From NCBI GenBank assembly GCA_043814985.1, contig JBDRJK010000021.1, positions 7,253 through 71,252 on the forward strand: 64,000 nt of DNA, read 5' to 3'. Every line of letters starts with the position of its first letter. Position 1 is the first letter of the stretch. The notes under the pieces were generated by a model. The model was not told the origin of the DNA. It did not search any database and saw only the letters and a list, made by a program, of their open reading frames with translations. Below, piece by piece: positions 54,414 to 64,000 of the stretch. Made by a program: the position numbers and the translations under genes. The DNA comes from Candidatus Aenigmatarchaeota archaeon. GTDB lineage: Archaea > Aenigmatarchaeota > Aenigmatarchaeia > Aenigmatarchaeales > Aenigmatarchaeaceae.

Positions 54414-56891
54414 ATGACGAGAATAGAAAAATTAGATATACAGGGTTTCAAGTCCTTTTCCAGGAAGACTTCCCTAACTTTCCCTAGCAACTTCTCTGTG
54501 ATATGCGGTCCCAACGGCTCTGGCAAGTCCAACATACTTGACGCGTTATGTTTCGTTCTGGGAAGGACCTCTGCCAAAAGCTTGAGGGCTGACAGGATGA
54601 TGGAGATGATATTCCACGGCACAAAGAATAGGCCTCCCGCAGAGCTGGCAAAGGTCTCAATGCATTTTGACAACTCAAGTAAAGAGTTCCCCTTTGAGGA
54701 TGACAAGGTCATCCTGTCCAGGAGAATAAACAGGAAAGGCATTTCCATTTACAAATTAAACGGAAGGACTGTTACAAGGGAAAGGATCCAGGAGATTCTC
54801 AGGCCTGTCAGAATCCGACCTGGCGGCCACAATATAATTTTGCAGGGAGATGTCACTGAGATAGTTGAGATGAGTCCTCTGGAAAGAAGAGAGATTATTG
54901 ATGAGATATCTGGGATAAAGGAGTTCGACCAGAAGAGAGACAAGGCCCAACGCGAGTTGATGACAGTCGAGAACCGGTTAAAGGAGTCGCATATCATTCT
55001 TCACGAGAAAAGGTCAAACCTTGTCAGGCTTGAAAAGGAGAGTAAAGATGCTCAAAGATACCAGAAGCTGACAAGGGAACTTGATAAATTAAGAGCCTCT
55101 TTGGCAAGGCACAAGCTGAGTGTTGCTGAGAAGGCAATGGCAAAGCTCGACGAGAAAATAAGTAATATCGAGACAGGTGACATTGACAAGGAAGTTGATG
55201 TGATAGAGAAGGAGTTGGAGAGGGTTGAGAAGGAGAGGGATGTTGTTGACAAGAGGCTTTTTGACAGGACCAAGGACATTGCCATAATTAAAGAAGTTGA
55301 GAAGATAAGGTCTGAGATAAACAGGAACAGGGACAAGATAGATATGGGACAGCTCAACATAAGAAGGACAGAGGACGTGATAAGGAGATTAGAATACTTG
55401 CAGCAGAAGGAGAGGGAAGGTTCTGTCAGCAAGGCTGTCAAGGAGATAATGAACCTTGGTTGGACAGGAGTATACGGGACAATTTCCTCGTTGTCAAAGG
55501 TTTCCAAGAAGCACCAGTCAGCAATTGAGGTGGCTGCTGGCCCGCATCTTAATGATATAATTGTTTCTGATGAAAGGGTTGCAATTGAGTGCGTTAACCA
55601 TTTGAAGAAAAACAAGATTGGGAGGGCAACGTTTCTTCCCCTGAACAAGATAAAAACAAGGGACAGCAAAGGTCTGAAGAAGTTCTCTTATGATGACGGC
55701 TTTGTTGGCATAGCAATCGATTTGGTAGAGTTTGACAACAAGTACTACAATGCATTTTCTCATGTTTTCGGGAGCACTGTCATTGCCAACACAATCAGTG
55801 ATGTCAGGAGGATGGGCATAGGCAATGCTAGGTTTGTAACTCTTGAAGGAGACTTGATAGAGAGGTCAGGAGCAATAATCGGCGGTTATTACATCAAGAA
55901 GAGGGTCTTTTCTGGCAAGGAGGAGATTGAAAAATATACTAATGACAAGGCAAAGCTGGCTGCTGACATCAAGGTTCTGGAGAAGGATATTGTTTCTCTG
56001 AAAGCTCAGTTGGAGTCTTTAACAACTGAGGAGGAAACTGGCAGCAAGGAATTGACTGACATGCAGAAGAAAAGGCAGATGCTGGAAGAGATGTTCGACT
56101 CATTGGAAAAGAAGAGGAAGAGTATGTTCCACGAGAGGATGAACTCCCAGGAGAGCATTAACAAATTAAGAATTAGAAAGGCAAGGCTTGAGGCGGAATT
56201 AGAAAACCTTAAACTGGAGTTCGAGAACTACAAGAAGACCGAGACGCTTGACATTACCCCGTCTGTTCTGGAAAATAGGATACACCAGACCACTGTCTAC
56301 ATAAACGCTTTGGGACTGATAAACATGAAGGCTCTTGAGGAGTATGACGAGCAGAAGATAATATTCACCGATCTTAAGGAGAAGGTCGACAAGTTGACAG
56401 AGGAGAGGAACAAGATTCTAGAGATAATAGCCGAGATTGAGGGCAAGAGGAAGGAGTCATTTACCAAGACCCTGGATGAATTGAGAAAGGAGTTCAAGAT
56501 TGTTTTCCATGACTTGATGAAGGGCGAGGCTGATTTGAGGCTGATAGGCGGTATGGACAGTGGCTTATTGATTGAAGGCAGTGCAAAAACTAAAAAGATG
56601 ATGAACATAGATTTGATGTCTGGTGGCGAGAAGACCTTGACTGCTCTAGCATTCCTGTTTGCCATCCAGAGGTTCAGGCCAGCGCCGTTTTATATTCTTG
56701 ACGAGATTGACGCTGCTTTAGATAAACCGAACACCAAAAAGACAGTTGAGTTGATTAAGAAGTATTGCGACAATTCCCAGTTTATTGTTATTTCACATAA
56801 TGAAGCGACAATCCAGGCAGCTGATTCTGTGTACGGAGTTTCTATGGAAGAAGGGGAGTCTAGGTTGGTTGGAATAAAGATGCCTGGCTAA
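54414..56891 (+). CDS. smc: Chromosome segregation protein SMC (short, 825 aa)
   Basis: GFKSF, GPNGSGKSN, hinge GRATFLPL...GAIIGG, MSGGEK, YILDEIDAALD. Confidence 0.95.
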   Translation: MTRIEKLDIQGFKSFSRKTSLTFPSNFSVICGPNGSGKSNILDALCFVLGRTSAKSLRADRMMEMIFHGTKNRPPAELAKVSMHFDNSSKEFPFEDDKVILSRRINRKGISIYKLNGRTVTRERIQEILRPVRIRPGGHNIILQGDVTEIVEMSPLERREIIDEISGIKEFDQKRDKAQRELMTVENRLKESHIILHEKRSNLVRLEKESKDAQRYQKLTRELDKLRASLARHKLSVAEKAMAKLDEKISNIETGDIDKEVDVIEKELERVEKERDVVDKRLFDRTKDIAIIKEVEKIRSEINRNRDKIDMGQLNIRRTEDVIRRLEYLQQKEREGSVSKAVKEIMNLGWTGVYGTISSLSKVSKKHQSAIEVAAGPHLNDIIVSDERVAIECVNHLKKNKIGRATFLPLNKIKTRDSKGLKKFSYDDGFVGIAIDLVEFDNKYYNAFSHVFGSTVIANTISDVRRMGIGNARFVTLEGDLIERSGAIIGGYYIKKRVFSGKEEIEKYTNDKAKLAADIKVLEKDIVSLKAQLESLTTEEETGSKELTDMQKKRQMLEEMFDSLEKKRKSMFHERMNSQESINKLRIRKARLEAELENLKLEFENYKKTETLDITPSVLENRIHQTTVYINALGLINMKALEEYDEQKIIFTDLKEKVDKLTEERNKILEIIAEIEGKRKESFTKTLDELRKEFKIVFHDLMKGEADLRLIGGMDSGLLIEGSAKTKKMMNIDLMSGGEKTLTALAFLFAIQRFRPAPFYILDEIDAALDKPNTKKTVELIKKYCDNSQFIVISHNEATIQAADSVYGVSMEEGESRLVGIKMPG

Positions 56892-57530
56892 TTACAACTC
56901 TTTAATTGCTGGTAAATCCGAAATCCTAATAACAGCATCTTCCGGTATTTTCAACATGCTTCTGCAATCAATGCCGAAAATTCCCGTTTTCTTTCCCCCT
57001 TCTTTCCCAAAACCATAAACATGGTAATCAACAGGTCCCAGAGAGGTTTCGGCAATTTTTTCTCCTGAGCCGTTTTTTACTAAATTATCTATTTCCCTCT
57101 TTAAAAATTCTAAATGACATTCTTGCGTAATGATAACACCTTTTTTATTTTCTCCTTCCTTCTGCTGGTAATTCAAACACACTAAACCCCCTGCCACAAA
57201 TTCATTCTTATAATTATTTTTCCTTTGAATTTTCTTAGCCTTTCTTGTCAATTTTTTAGAAAGTTTATAGGGCATTTTCTTATTTTTAGAACAAGCATAA
57301 CTTACTGTCTCAATAATTTCTTCCATTCCTTCTGGTCTGTGCAACTCTGAACAGCTATTGCATACACCTACAAGGGTGTAGTTTTTCCCTTCAAACAGTT
57401 TATATGCGGCTCTTTCAATTTCAGCCTTAAGTTGGACTTCTTTCCTCCCTGTAACCTCTGATATAATTTTGTTAATGTCTGATGCACCTTCTCTTAACTC
57501 ATTAACATACAAAGGTTTTTGGCGTGACAT
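56892..57530 (-). CDS. Hypothetical protein
   Basis: 212-aa AT-rich ORF abutting the smc stop. Confidence 0.65.
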   Translation of the reverse strand: MSRQKPLYVNELREGASDINKIISEVTGRKEVQLKAEIERAAYKLFEGKNYTLVGVCNSCSELHRPEGMEEIIETVSYACSKNKKMPYKLSKKLTRKAKKIQRKNNYKNEFVAGGLVCLNYQQKEGENKKGVIITQECHLEFLKREIDNLVKNGSGEKIAETSLGPVDYHVYGFGKEGGKKTGIFGIDCRSMLKIPEDAVIRISDLPAIKEL

Positions 57531-57638
57531 AGAATTTAATTGAAAGGAAAAGGATTTAAGCCTTTCTCGGTGTTGTTGGAAAAGCCGGGAACAATCCTGC
57601 AGATATCTTTATACGGTTTACAACAAAAGAAAATAGCT

Positions 57639-58436
57639 ATGGAAGAAAAATTCATAATCCAAGTTGAGAATCTCACGAGGAAGTTCGGGAATTTTACAGC
57701 AGTGGATGACATCTCCTTCAAGGTCAAAACCGGAGAAATATTCGCTTTCCTGGGCCCGAACGGAGCTGGGAAGACGACGACCATCAAAATGCTGACAACG
57801 CTTCTCAAACCGACTTCCGGCAGCATGAACATCAACGGCTTCGATTCCGTGGCCAAGCAAAACGAAACGAGGAGCTCCTTTGGGATAGTGTTTCAGGACC
57901 CCAGCCTGGATGACGAGCTGACCGCTTACGAGAACATGGAGTATCACGGCGTGCTGTACAAGATTCCCAAGGACATCAGGAAGAAGAGGATAGAGGAGAT
58001 GCTGAGATTCGTCGAACTCTGGGACAGAAAAAAAGATCTGGTGAAGACTTTTTCCGGTGGAATGAAAAGGCGGTTGGAAATCGCGTGCGGGCTCTTGCAC
58101 CATCCGAAGATTTTCTTCCTGGACGAGCCGACCTTGGGGTTGGACCCTCAGACAAGAAACCATATCTGGGAGTACATACAGAAGCTGAACAGGGAAGAGG
58201 GGACCACAATATTTTTTACGACGCATTACATGGAGGAGGCTGCCAAGGTCTCAAGTGTCATAGCAATCATCGACGGAGGAAAAATAATAGCCCAGGGAAC
58301 TGCAGAGGAGCTGAAGGCAACAACAAAGACCGCCTCCCTTGAAGACGCTTTCATAAGCCTGACCGGCAAACAGATACGGGAGGAAGACGCAAGCAGCGCT
58401 GACCGCATGAGAATGCGACGCAGGATGTTCAGGTGA
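57639..58436 (+). CDS. ABC exporter ATP-binding protein (DrrA-like)
   Basis: GPNGAGKTT, FSGGM, FLDEPT; start MEEKF. Confidence 0.93.
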   Translation: MEEKFIIQVENLTRKFGNFTAVDDISFKVKTGEIFAFLGPNGAGKTTTIKMLTTLLKPTSGSMNINGFDSVAKQNETRSSFGIVFQDPSLDDELTAYENMEYHGVLYKIPKDIRKKRIEEMLRFVELWDRKKDLVKTFSGGMKRRLEIACGLLHHPKIFFLDEPTLGLDPQTRNHIWEYIQKLNREEGTTIFFTTHYMEEAAKVSSVIAIIDGGKIIAQGTAEELKATTKTASLEDAFISLTGKQIREEDASSADRMRMRRRMFR

Positions 58437-59194
58437 TGAATATGGATGCTAATGTAATTTTCGTTCTTTGGAAAAGGCAGCTGAAGAGATACTTCCGCTC
58501 AAGGTCCAGGATGATAGGCTCGGTAGCGCAGCCCCTGCTGTTCCTGTTTGCATTCGGTTTTGGGTTCAGTTCGGTTTTCCAACAGGCAGGGCAGGGCAAT
58601 TACTTCCAGTTCCTAGCGCCAGGAATCGTTTCCATGGCCATACTTTTCACTTCAATTTTCACTGGAATAGAAATAATCTGGGACAGGCAGTTCGGCTTTC
58701 TCAAGGAGACACTGGTTGCACCCGTGTCCAGGCTTGAAATCATGATTGGCAAGACCCTGGGCGGGGCGACCGTGGCAAGCCTTCAGGGAATCATTGTGAT
58801 AGGCATATCATTGCTTGTAGGTTTCGTTCCCTATAGCCTTGTGATGATTCCTGTGGCCTTTGCCTTCATGTTCCTGATTGCCACGCTCTTTGCAGCGATC
58901 GGGACTGCGATTGCTTCGCTCTTGGAGGACATGCAGGGCTTCCAGCTTATCATGAACTTCTTTGTGATGCCCATATTCTTCCTGTCGGGGGCCCTGTTCC
59001 CGCTGGAGGGGCTGCTGGAAGTGGTTGGGATACTTTCAAAGGTGAACCCACTTTCGTACGGGGTCGACGGCATCCGTTCCGCTCTTACAGGTGTCAGCTA
59101 CTTCGGGTTTGCAATCGATTTCGCAGTCCTTGGCGTTTCAACGGCAGTCTGCCTTGCTGTCGGCAGCTATCTCTTCTCCAAGATGCAGATATGA
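58433..59194 (+). CDS. ABC-2 type permease (DrrB-like)
   Basis: WDRQFGFLKE, FFLSGALFP, NPLSYGVD. Confidence 0.92.
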   Translation: MMNMDANVIFVLWKRQLKRYFRSRSRMIGSVAQPLLFLFAFGFGFSSVFQQAGQGNYFQFLAPGIVSMAILFTSIFTGIEIIWDRQFGFLKETLVAPVSRLEIMIGKTLGGATVASLQGIIVIGISLLVGFVPYSLVMIPVAFAFMFLIATLFAAIGTAIASLLEDMQGFQLIMNFFVMPIFFLSGALFPLEGLLEVVGILSKVNPLSYGVDGIRSALTGVSYFGFAIDFAVLGVSTAVCLAVGSYLFSKMQI

Positions 59195-59235
59195 TGGCTT
59201 AGAAAAAATTTAAATTTCCTCCCTCTATTTACTTT

Positions 59236-59760
59236 ATGTTAAACATCTACCAGCCAGCAGAAGACTCGTTCCTCTTGGAAAAGTATGTAAAGAAACTGGC
59301 AAGGGGAAAAGTCCTGGACATGGGCACAGGTTCAGGAATACAGGCAAAGGCTGCTTTAGAAAGAACTGATTCTGTTACAGCAGTTGACATCAATCCAGAA
59401 GTGATCGAGCACTGCAAGAGCATCAAGAACGTTGAGTTCATCCAATCCGACCTCTTCTCCTCTGTCACTGGCAAGTTCGACACGATAATATTCAACGCAC
59501 CATATCTTCCTGAAGAGGGTCCCAAGGACCCTGCCTTAGATGGAGGAAAGAAAGGACATGAAACAATAGAAAGGTTCCTGAGCCAGGTAAAGGAGTTCCT
59601 TTCAAAGGACGGAATAATACTCCTGGTCTTCTCATCATTCACTAACAAGGAAAAGGTGGATCACTTAATTGTGGAGAACGGCTTCAGGTTTGAAGAGTTG
59701 GAAAGGATACACTTCTCCTTCGAGAACATCTACTGCTACAAGATAACTATTTCTTTCTAA
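59236..59760 (+). CDS. HemK2/PrmC-like N5-glutamine methyltransferase
   Basis: YQPAEDSFLL, LDMGTGSG, FNAPYLP, DGG. Confidence 0.88.
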   Translation: MLNIYQPAEDSFLLEKYVKKLARGKVLDMGTGSGIQAKAALERTDSVTAVDINPEVIEHCKSIKNVEFIQSDLFSSVTGKFDTIIFNAPYLPEEGPKDPALDGGKKGHETIERFLSQVKEFLSKDGIILLVFSSFTNKEKVDHLIVENGFRFEELERIHFSFENIYCYKITISF

Positions 59761-61063
59761 GAGCGCTTCCAATAATGTCCTCTAAATTCGGTCTTCCAAT
59801 TTCCCTTAACTCGTACCTCACTCTAACAGAGGGCTTGTTGATGTTCAGAAGGTTCCTCAAATCAATAGGAGTTCCAATCAGAACAGTGTCGCAGTCAACC
59901 TTGTTGATGGTCTGCTCAAGCTCAACTCTTTGCCTCTTTGAATAGCCCATTGCAGGCAGCACTGCGCCTAAATGAGGATAATCAACAAAGACATCCTTGA
60001 TTGAGCCGACAGCCTGGCTTCTCGGATTAATTATGTATGCTCCCAGGTTCTTGGCAACAATGCTGGCAACTCCAAAGGCCAGGCCGCCGTGAGTCAAGGA
60101 TGGTCCGTCCTCAACACAGAGAACTCTCCTCCTCTCTACAAGCTCTGGCCTGTCAACGAAAGGAGGCATGGCCCCCCTGATTATCTTGGCCCTCTTGTTG
60201 GCGTACTTGACGTTCTGGATAACAGTTTCTATGTCCAGAGGGTTGGCAGTGTCAATCTTGTTGACAATGACAACATCAGCCATCCTTAGGTTGGTCTCAC
60301 CAGGATAGTACATCAGCTCGTGTCCGGGCCTTCTCGCGTCAGCAACAACTATGTGAAGGTCAGGCTTGATGAAGGGCAAATCATTGTTCCCACCGTCCCA
60401 TACAATAACATCAGCCTCCTTTTCAGCTTTCTTCAAAATCTTGGCATAGTCAACGCCTGCATAAAGTATATCGCCCTCTTCAATGTGCAGCTCGTACTCC
60501 TCCCTCTCCTCGATGGTCGAGTTGTAATTGTCCAAGTCGTCCCTTGAGGCAAACCTCTGGACAATCATGTTTTTTAGGTCGCCGTAAGGCATTGGATGCC
60601 TGATTATAACGAACTTTATGCCCTTGGACCTCAGTATCCTGCATATCCTTCTTGAGGTAGGAGACTTGCCAGAACCAGTCCTGACGCCGCACACAGAAAT
60701 TACAAACTTGTTTGATTTGAGCATTGTGCTTTTCAGGCCCATGAGCTTGAAGTCAGCCCCATGCGACATCACTATGGACGCCTTTTCCATGACATCCATG
60801 TGCGTCAAATCCGAGTAAGCTAGAACAACCTCGTCAACCTTGTACTTTTCAATCAGTTTGGGTAGCATGCTCTCAGGAAATATGGGTATGCCCTTTGGAT
60901 AGAGCCTGCCTGCTAGGATTTTTGGATAGAACTTGTTAACAATATACGGTATTTGAGCATGAGTAAAGGCCACAACCTTGTAGTTCTTGTTGTCCCTGTA
61001 ATATATGTTGAAGTTGTGGTAGTCCCTGCCAGCTGCTCCCATTATTATAACATTTTTTCTCAT
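59747..61063 (-). CDS. P-loop NTPase, cyclic 2,3-diphosphoglycerate synthetase-like family
   Basis: GAAGRD, RTGSGKS, RHPMPYG, WDGGNND, EDGPSLTHG. Confidence 0.82.
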   Translation of the reverse strand: MRKNVIIMGAAGRDYHNFNIYYRDNKNYKVVAFTHAQIPYIVNKFYPKILAGRLYPKGIPIFPESMLPKLIEKYKVDEVVLAYSDLTHMDVMEKASIVMSHGADFKLMGLKSTMLKSNKFVISVCGVRTGSGKSPTSRRICRILRSKGIKFVIIRHPMPYGDLKNMIVQRFASRDDLDNYNSTIEEREEYELHIEEGDILYAGVDYAKILKKAEKEADVIVWDGGNNDLPFIKPDLHIVVADARRPGHELMYYPGETNLRMADVVIVNKIDTANPLDIETVIQNVKYANKRAKIIRGAMPPFVDRPELVERRRVLCVEDGPSLTHGGLAFGVASIVAKNLGAYIINPRSQAVGSIKDVFVDYPHLGAVLPAMGYSKRQRVELEQTINKVDCDTVLIGTPIDLRNLLNINKPSVRVRYELREIGRPNLEDIIGSALRKK

Positions 61064-61116
61064 AAGACTCTAGATAAATTTATAAGATATTCTTATTAAA
61101 GCTTTATTAGAACAAG

Positions 61117-61809
61117 ATGTTATCTGACAAACAATTGATTGATTTAATGGTCTCGGAGCCCAGCTGGGAAGACGTTATTGTCAAAATCATTGCGGAAGAG
61201 GGCATGGACCCTTGGTCTGTTGACATAATAAGGCTTTCCGATGTTTTTCTCGACTACCTTAAAAAAGTAGAGGGGCTTGACTTGAGAATACCAGCAAGGT
61301 TCATTCTGATAGCGTCAATACTGTTAAGGATGAAATCGGACGTTTTGGCTGAGAAGAAGGATAAGGTCCTTATTCCAGAGTCGGAGAAGGAGCCTGATGA
61401 CATGCTAAGGATTCTGGCAGAAGTCCCGCCTTTGAACCCTCCCTTAAAGAGGATTCCATTAAGGAACGTTTCCTTGGACGAACTGATATCAGCCCTAAGA
61501 AAGGCTTACGATGTCCAGGACAGGAGGGTTGAGAGAAAGAGAAGGGTCAAGAGGGCTGTTGACTTTGCCATGCCAGTAACAGAAGAAGACATAACACTGA
61601 GAATAGAAAAGCTACTGACAAACATCAATCAGGCTTTGGTTGAAGTGGACAACATAGAGTTTTCAAGGCTGGTCAAGAGGTGGGGAAGGAAGGAGATTGT
61701 CGAGACATTGATACCCTTGCTGCACTTGTCGCAGGACGGAAAAATCAATTTGTTGCAGAACGAGATGTTCAAAGAGATCACAGTGAGGATGAAAAAAGAT
61801 CAGACTTAA
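61117..61809 (+). CDS. scpA: Kleisin ScpA
   Basis: MDPWSVDI, ASILLRMKS, IPLLHL...LLQ. Confidence 0.9.
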   Translation: MLSDKQLIDLMVSEPSWEDVIVKIIAEEGMDPWSVDIIRLSDVFLDYLKKVEGLDLRIPARFILIASILLRMKSDVLAEKKDKVLIPESEKEPDDMLRILAEVPPLNPPLKRIPLRNVSLDELISALRKAYDVQDRRVERKRRVKRAVDFAMPVTEEDITLRIEKLLTNINQALVEVDNIEFSRLVKRWGRKEIVETLIPLLHLSQDGKINLLQNEMFKEITVRMKKDQT

Positions 61810-61888
61810 ATATTTTTCTTATTATAACATCATCCCAAAGGCACTAAAAGCATATTTTAATTCTCCGGTAATACTAATTAGGGGTTAA

Positions 61889-62446
61889 ATGAATGAGCAA
61901 AAGCTAAAGTCAGTTGTTGAGGCAGCCTTGTACATGGCGAACGAGCCTATCTCAGTAAAAGAAATGGCAAAGATGTTCAATGTGGAGCCCGACAGTGTAA
62001 AGGTTGTCATAGACGAATTCAAGAAGGAACTGGAAAGTTCTGAACACGGTATCTATATTCTAGAAACACCAAGAGGCTACCAGATAAGGGTCAAACCAAA
62101 GCTTGATCCGTTGGTCAGAAAATTAACCCCGTACAAGGATCTGAGTAGAGGCCTGTTAAGAGTATTAGCTCTAGTCGCATACAAGCAGCCGATAACTCAA
62201 TCTGAAATTGTGAAAGTGATTGGCAACAGGACTTACGAGTATGTCAAGGCGTTGAAGGAAAGGGGACTTGTTAACACTGTCAAGCAGGGCAGGACAAAGG
62301 CCTTGGTTCCCACAAAGGAGTTCGCCAACTACTTCGGCTTGGAAAAGCCTGAGGACATAAAAAAGTTCTTTGAGGAGTACAAGGAAGAGACAGTTAAGGA
62401 AACTGATGAGAGCGACGTGAAAAGTTCTGAGGAAATGGGCGCATAA
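61889..62446 (+). CDS. scpB: ScpB
   Basis: VEAALY, LALVAYKQPITQ, TKEFANYFG. Confidence 0.93.
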   Translation: MNEQKLKSVVEAALYMANEPISVKEMAKMFNVEPDSVKVVIDEFKKELESSEHGIYILETPRGYQIRVKPKLDPLVRKLTPYKDLSRGLLRVLALVAYKQPITQSEIVKVIGNRTYEYVKALKERGLVNTVKQGRTKALVPTKEFANYFGLEKPEDIKKFFEEYKEETVKETDESDVKSSEEMGA

Positions 62447-62518
62447 TAATTATTATTTTGCTAGGCTCAGACCTAACAATTCTAAAGATTTTATAAAGCT
62501 GATCAATTAACTAGGATT

Positions 62519-62992
62519 ATGGAAATAGACAGGAAGACATTAAAGGCTCTGGCAGCAGACACCAGGTTGGACATTCTCAAAAGTCTAGGCAAAAGAAGGA
62601 AGACTCCCTCCGAATTATCCAAGGAATTGCATTTAGCCACATCAACTGTTACTGAACACTTGGAAAAACTAGAGAAGGCTGATTTGATAAAAAGAGAAGA
62701 GACAGGACACAAGTGGATATATTATTCCCTTTCAAGAAATGGAGAGAATCTAGTAAAGCCGAAATATCCCGTCCAGTTCGTCTTTATGTTGAGCATAACC
62801 ATCATAGTCATTATCTCGGCTAGCATTCTAATGTACGGCAACTATTCAAGCATGCAGGCATCTGATAGCGGGGAAGCGCTTTCAGCACCAATGTCCCAGA
62901 GAGCAGTAACAGAAGAAACAGCCAAAATAGGAATCAGCAACATGACGAACGAGACCAATATAACTAATACAACAAATTCTACTTTCCCTTAG
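62519..62992 (+). CDS. ArsR-type winged-HTH regulator with a C-terminal TM helix
   Basis: KALAADTRLDIL, STVTEHL, WIYYSL, then FVFMLSITIIVIISASILM. Confidence 0.85.
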   Translation: MEIDRKTLKALAADTRLDILKSLGKRRKTPSELSKELHLATSTVTEHLEKLEKADLIKREETGHKWIYYSLSRNGENLVKPKYPVQFVFMLSITIIVIISASILMYGNYSSMQASDSGEALSAPMSQRAVTEETAKIGISNMTNETNITNTTNSTFP

Positions 62993-63654
62993 ATTATGTC
63001 TCTTTCCTGCAACCTTGCATATACCTCTTTGTGTATCTCTTCAGGTGAGATGAAATTTCCATTTTTGCAGCATTCAATTACTATCCAGCCTTCTATGTCT
63101 GCTATATCAAGATATGTTCTTCTCACAATCTCCTGATAGCTCATGTCTTCCTCATGTATGTCCTTCTCTCCTCCTATCATCTCATTTTTCTTTTCCCTTT
63201 TGGAGAACAGTTTCCTCGAGACTTTTGGGGGGACGTCGAGTATTATGATGGCATCAGGTTGAGGCATCCTTTTGTCAATGTCCTTTATCCACTCCCATAT
63301 CTCAAACCTTCTAGCACCTTCTAGTTTGGCTGCTTGGAATATATTGGAGGCAGTGAACCTGTCAGAAATTATGTTTACCCCAGCGTCCAGCTTGTCCTTT
63401 ATTTCATTCTGGAACTGGTACCTGTCCATGGAATAAAACAGAGAGCATATCTCCGGGGTCATCTCTTCCTTGGAGCCAAAGTCACCTTTCAGGTACTTGG
63501 CAACAAACACACCCAAAGGAGTCTTCTGGTAGGTAGGGAAGTGTAGCACCTCGACCTTTTCACCATTGCTCCTTAATTTTTCAGCAAGAAGATTGGTCTG
63601 AGTTTTCTTTCCAGAGGAGTCTATTCCCTCAAAAATTATGAATTTCCCTTTCAT
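62989..63654 (-). CDS. tmk: Thymidylate kinase
   Basis: FEGIDSSGKKTQ, HFPTY, ISDRF, DIHE. Confidence 0.92.
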   Translation of the reverse strand: MKGKFIIFEGIDSSGKKTQTNLLAEKLRSNGEKVEVLHFPTYQKTPLGVFVAKYLKGDFGSKEEMTPEICSLFYSMDRYQFQNEIKDKLDAGVNIISDRFTASNIFQAAKLEGARRFEIWEWIKDIDKRMPQPDAIIILDVPPKVSRKLFSKREKKNEMIGGEKDIHEEDMSYQEIVRRTYLDIADIEGWIVIECCKNGNFISPEEIHKEVYARLQERDII

Positions 63655-63655
63655 A

Positions 63656-64000
63656 TCAAACATCAAAGCAGTATTTTATCTTTTGGAATTGTTTTCTGAA
63701 TTCAATAACTTCTTCCTTTATTTTTTTAGGATCCTTTTTATCAATGAGAGCGTTCCTGAAGAATGTCGCAATTGCTTTCATTTCCCTCTCCCTCATACCG
63801 AATCTTGTCAGCTCCTGAACACCCAATCTTATTCCTGAAGGGTTCCTAGTTGCATCGTCTGAAGAATCTCCTGGCAAGGCGCTCTTGCTGGTTATTATGT
63901 TGCATTCCTCTAGAATGTTGGCAACAGTCTTCCCTCCGCCAAACTTCTTGACATTTACCATGGCTTGATGAGATTCAGTGAAGCCTAGTTGAGGGCATAG
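63656..64000 (-). CDS. glyA: Serine hydroxymethyltransferase, C-terminal part (5' end outside window)
   Basis: GFTESHQ, NPSGIRLGVQELTRFGM, archaeal-type C-terminus KYCF. Confidence 0.92.
   Translation of the reverse strand, partial: LCPQLGFTESHQAMVNVKKFGGGKTVANILEECNIITSKSALPGDSSDDATRNPSGIRLGVQELTRFGMREREMKAIATFFRNALIDKKDPKKIKEEVIEFRKQFQKIKYCFDV

Noticed and set aside
34602-58226. Long antisense ORFs (e.g. 34602-35099, 36853-37479, 50712-51377, 55052-55669, 57618-58226)
   Set aside because: They lie fully opposite well-supported genes and have no motifs; codon-bias shadows
1-64000. CRISPR array, transposase, integrase or provirus
   Set aside because: No regularly spaced repeats or recognisable mobility/viral genes seen; no att-like duplicate of the tRNA 3' end noticed

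Overview
Archaeal chromosomal DNA: dph5, trm5/taw2, GGR, an intron-containing tRNA-iMet, and TATA boxes about 25-30 nt before start codons. Gene content suggests a DPANN lineage, possibly Aenigmarchaeota-like (inference). The first ~24.6 kb is one co-oriented minus-strand type IV pilus (T4P) locus. It has an assembly ATPase, a TadC/PilC-like platform protein, about 14 pilin-like or membrane-anchored proteins (many starting M-K-G/A plus a hydrophobic helix) and Cys-rich adhesin-like proteins with disintegrin-like, Big_1 and Ig modules. At its distal end is a giant ORF (at least 1847 aa, 5541 to <1) that the ORF track misses because it runs off the window. I translated it by hand with no in-frame stop. 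It has a pilin-like N-terminus, four clan GH-A (GH5-like) glycoside hydrolase domains, a lyase/ConA-like jelly-roll, TSP1-like Cys repeats and an invasin-type Ig domain. This putative pilus-displayed glycan-degrading apparatus, possibly assembled partly by Ig donor-strand complementation, is the best candidate for an undescribed system. The rest of the window holds tandem membrane-protein paralogs, two P-type ATPases with a Na/Ca exchanger, and a minimal group 4 [NiFe]-hydrogenase with atypical maturation genes. It also has three tandem class IIb aminoacyl-tRNA synthetases (two AspRS sharing identical DNA tracts and an AsnRS-like protein with an altered pocket), ferredoxin-GGR, an unusually short SMC with ScpAB, an ABC exporter, tmk and partial glyA. 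All calls are from motif reading by eye; no database searches were run.
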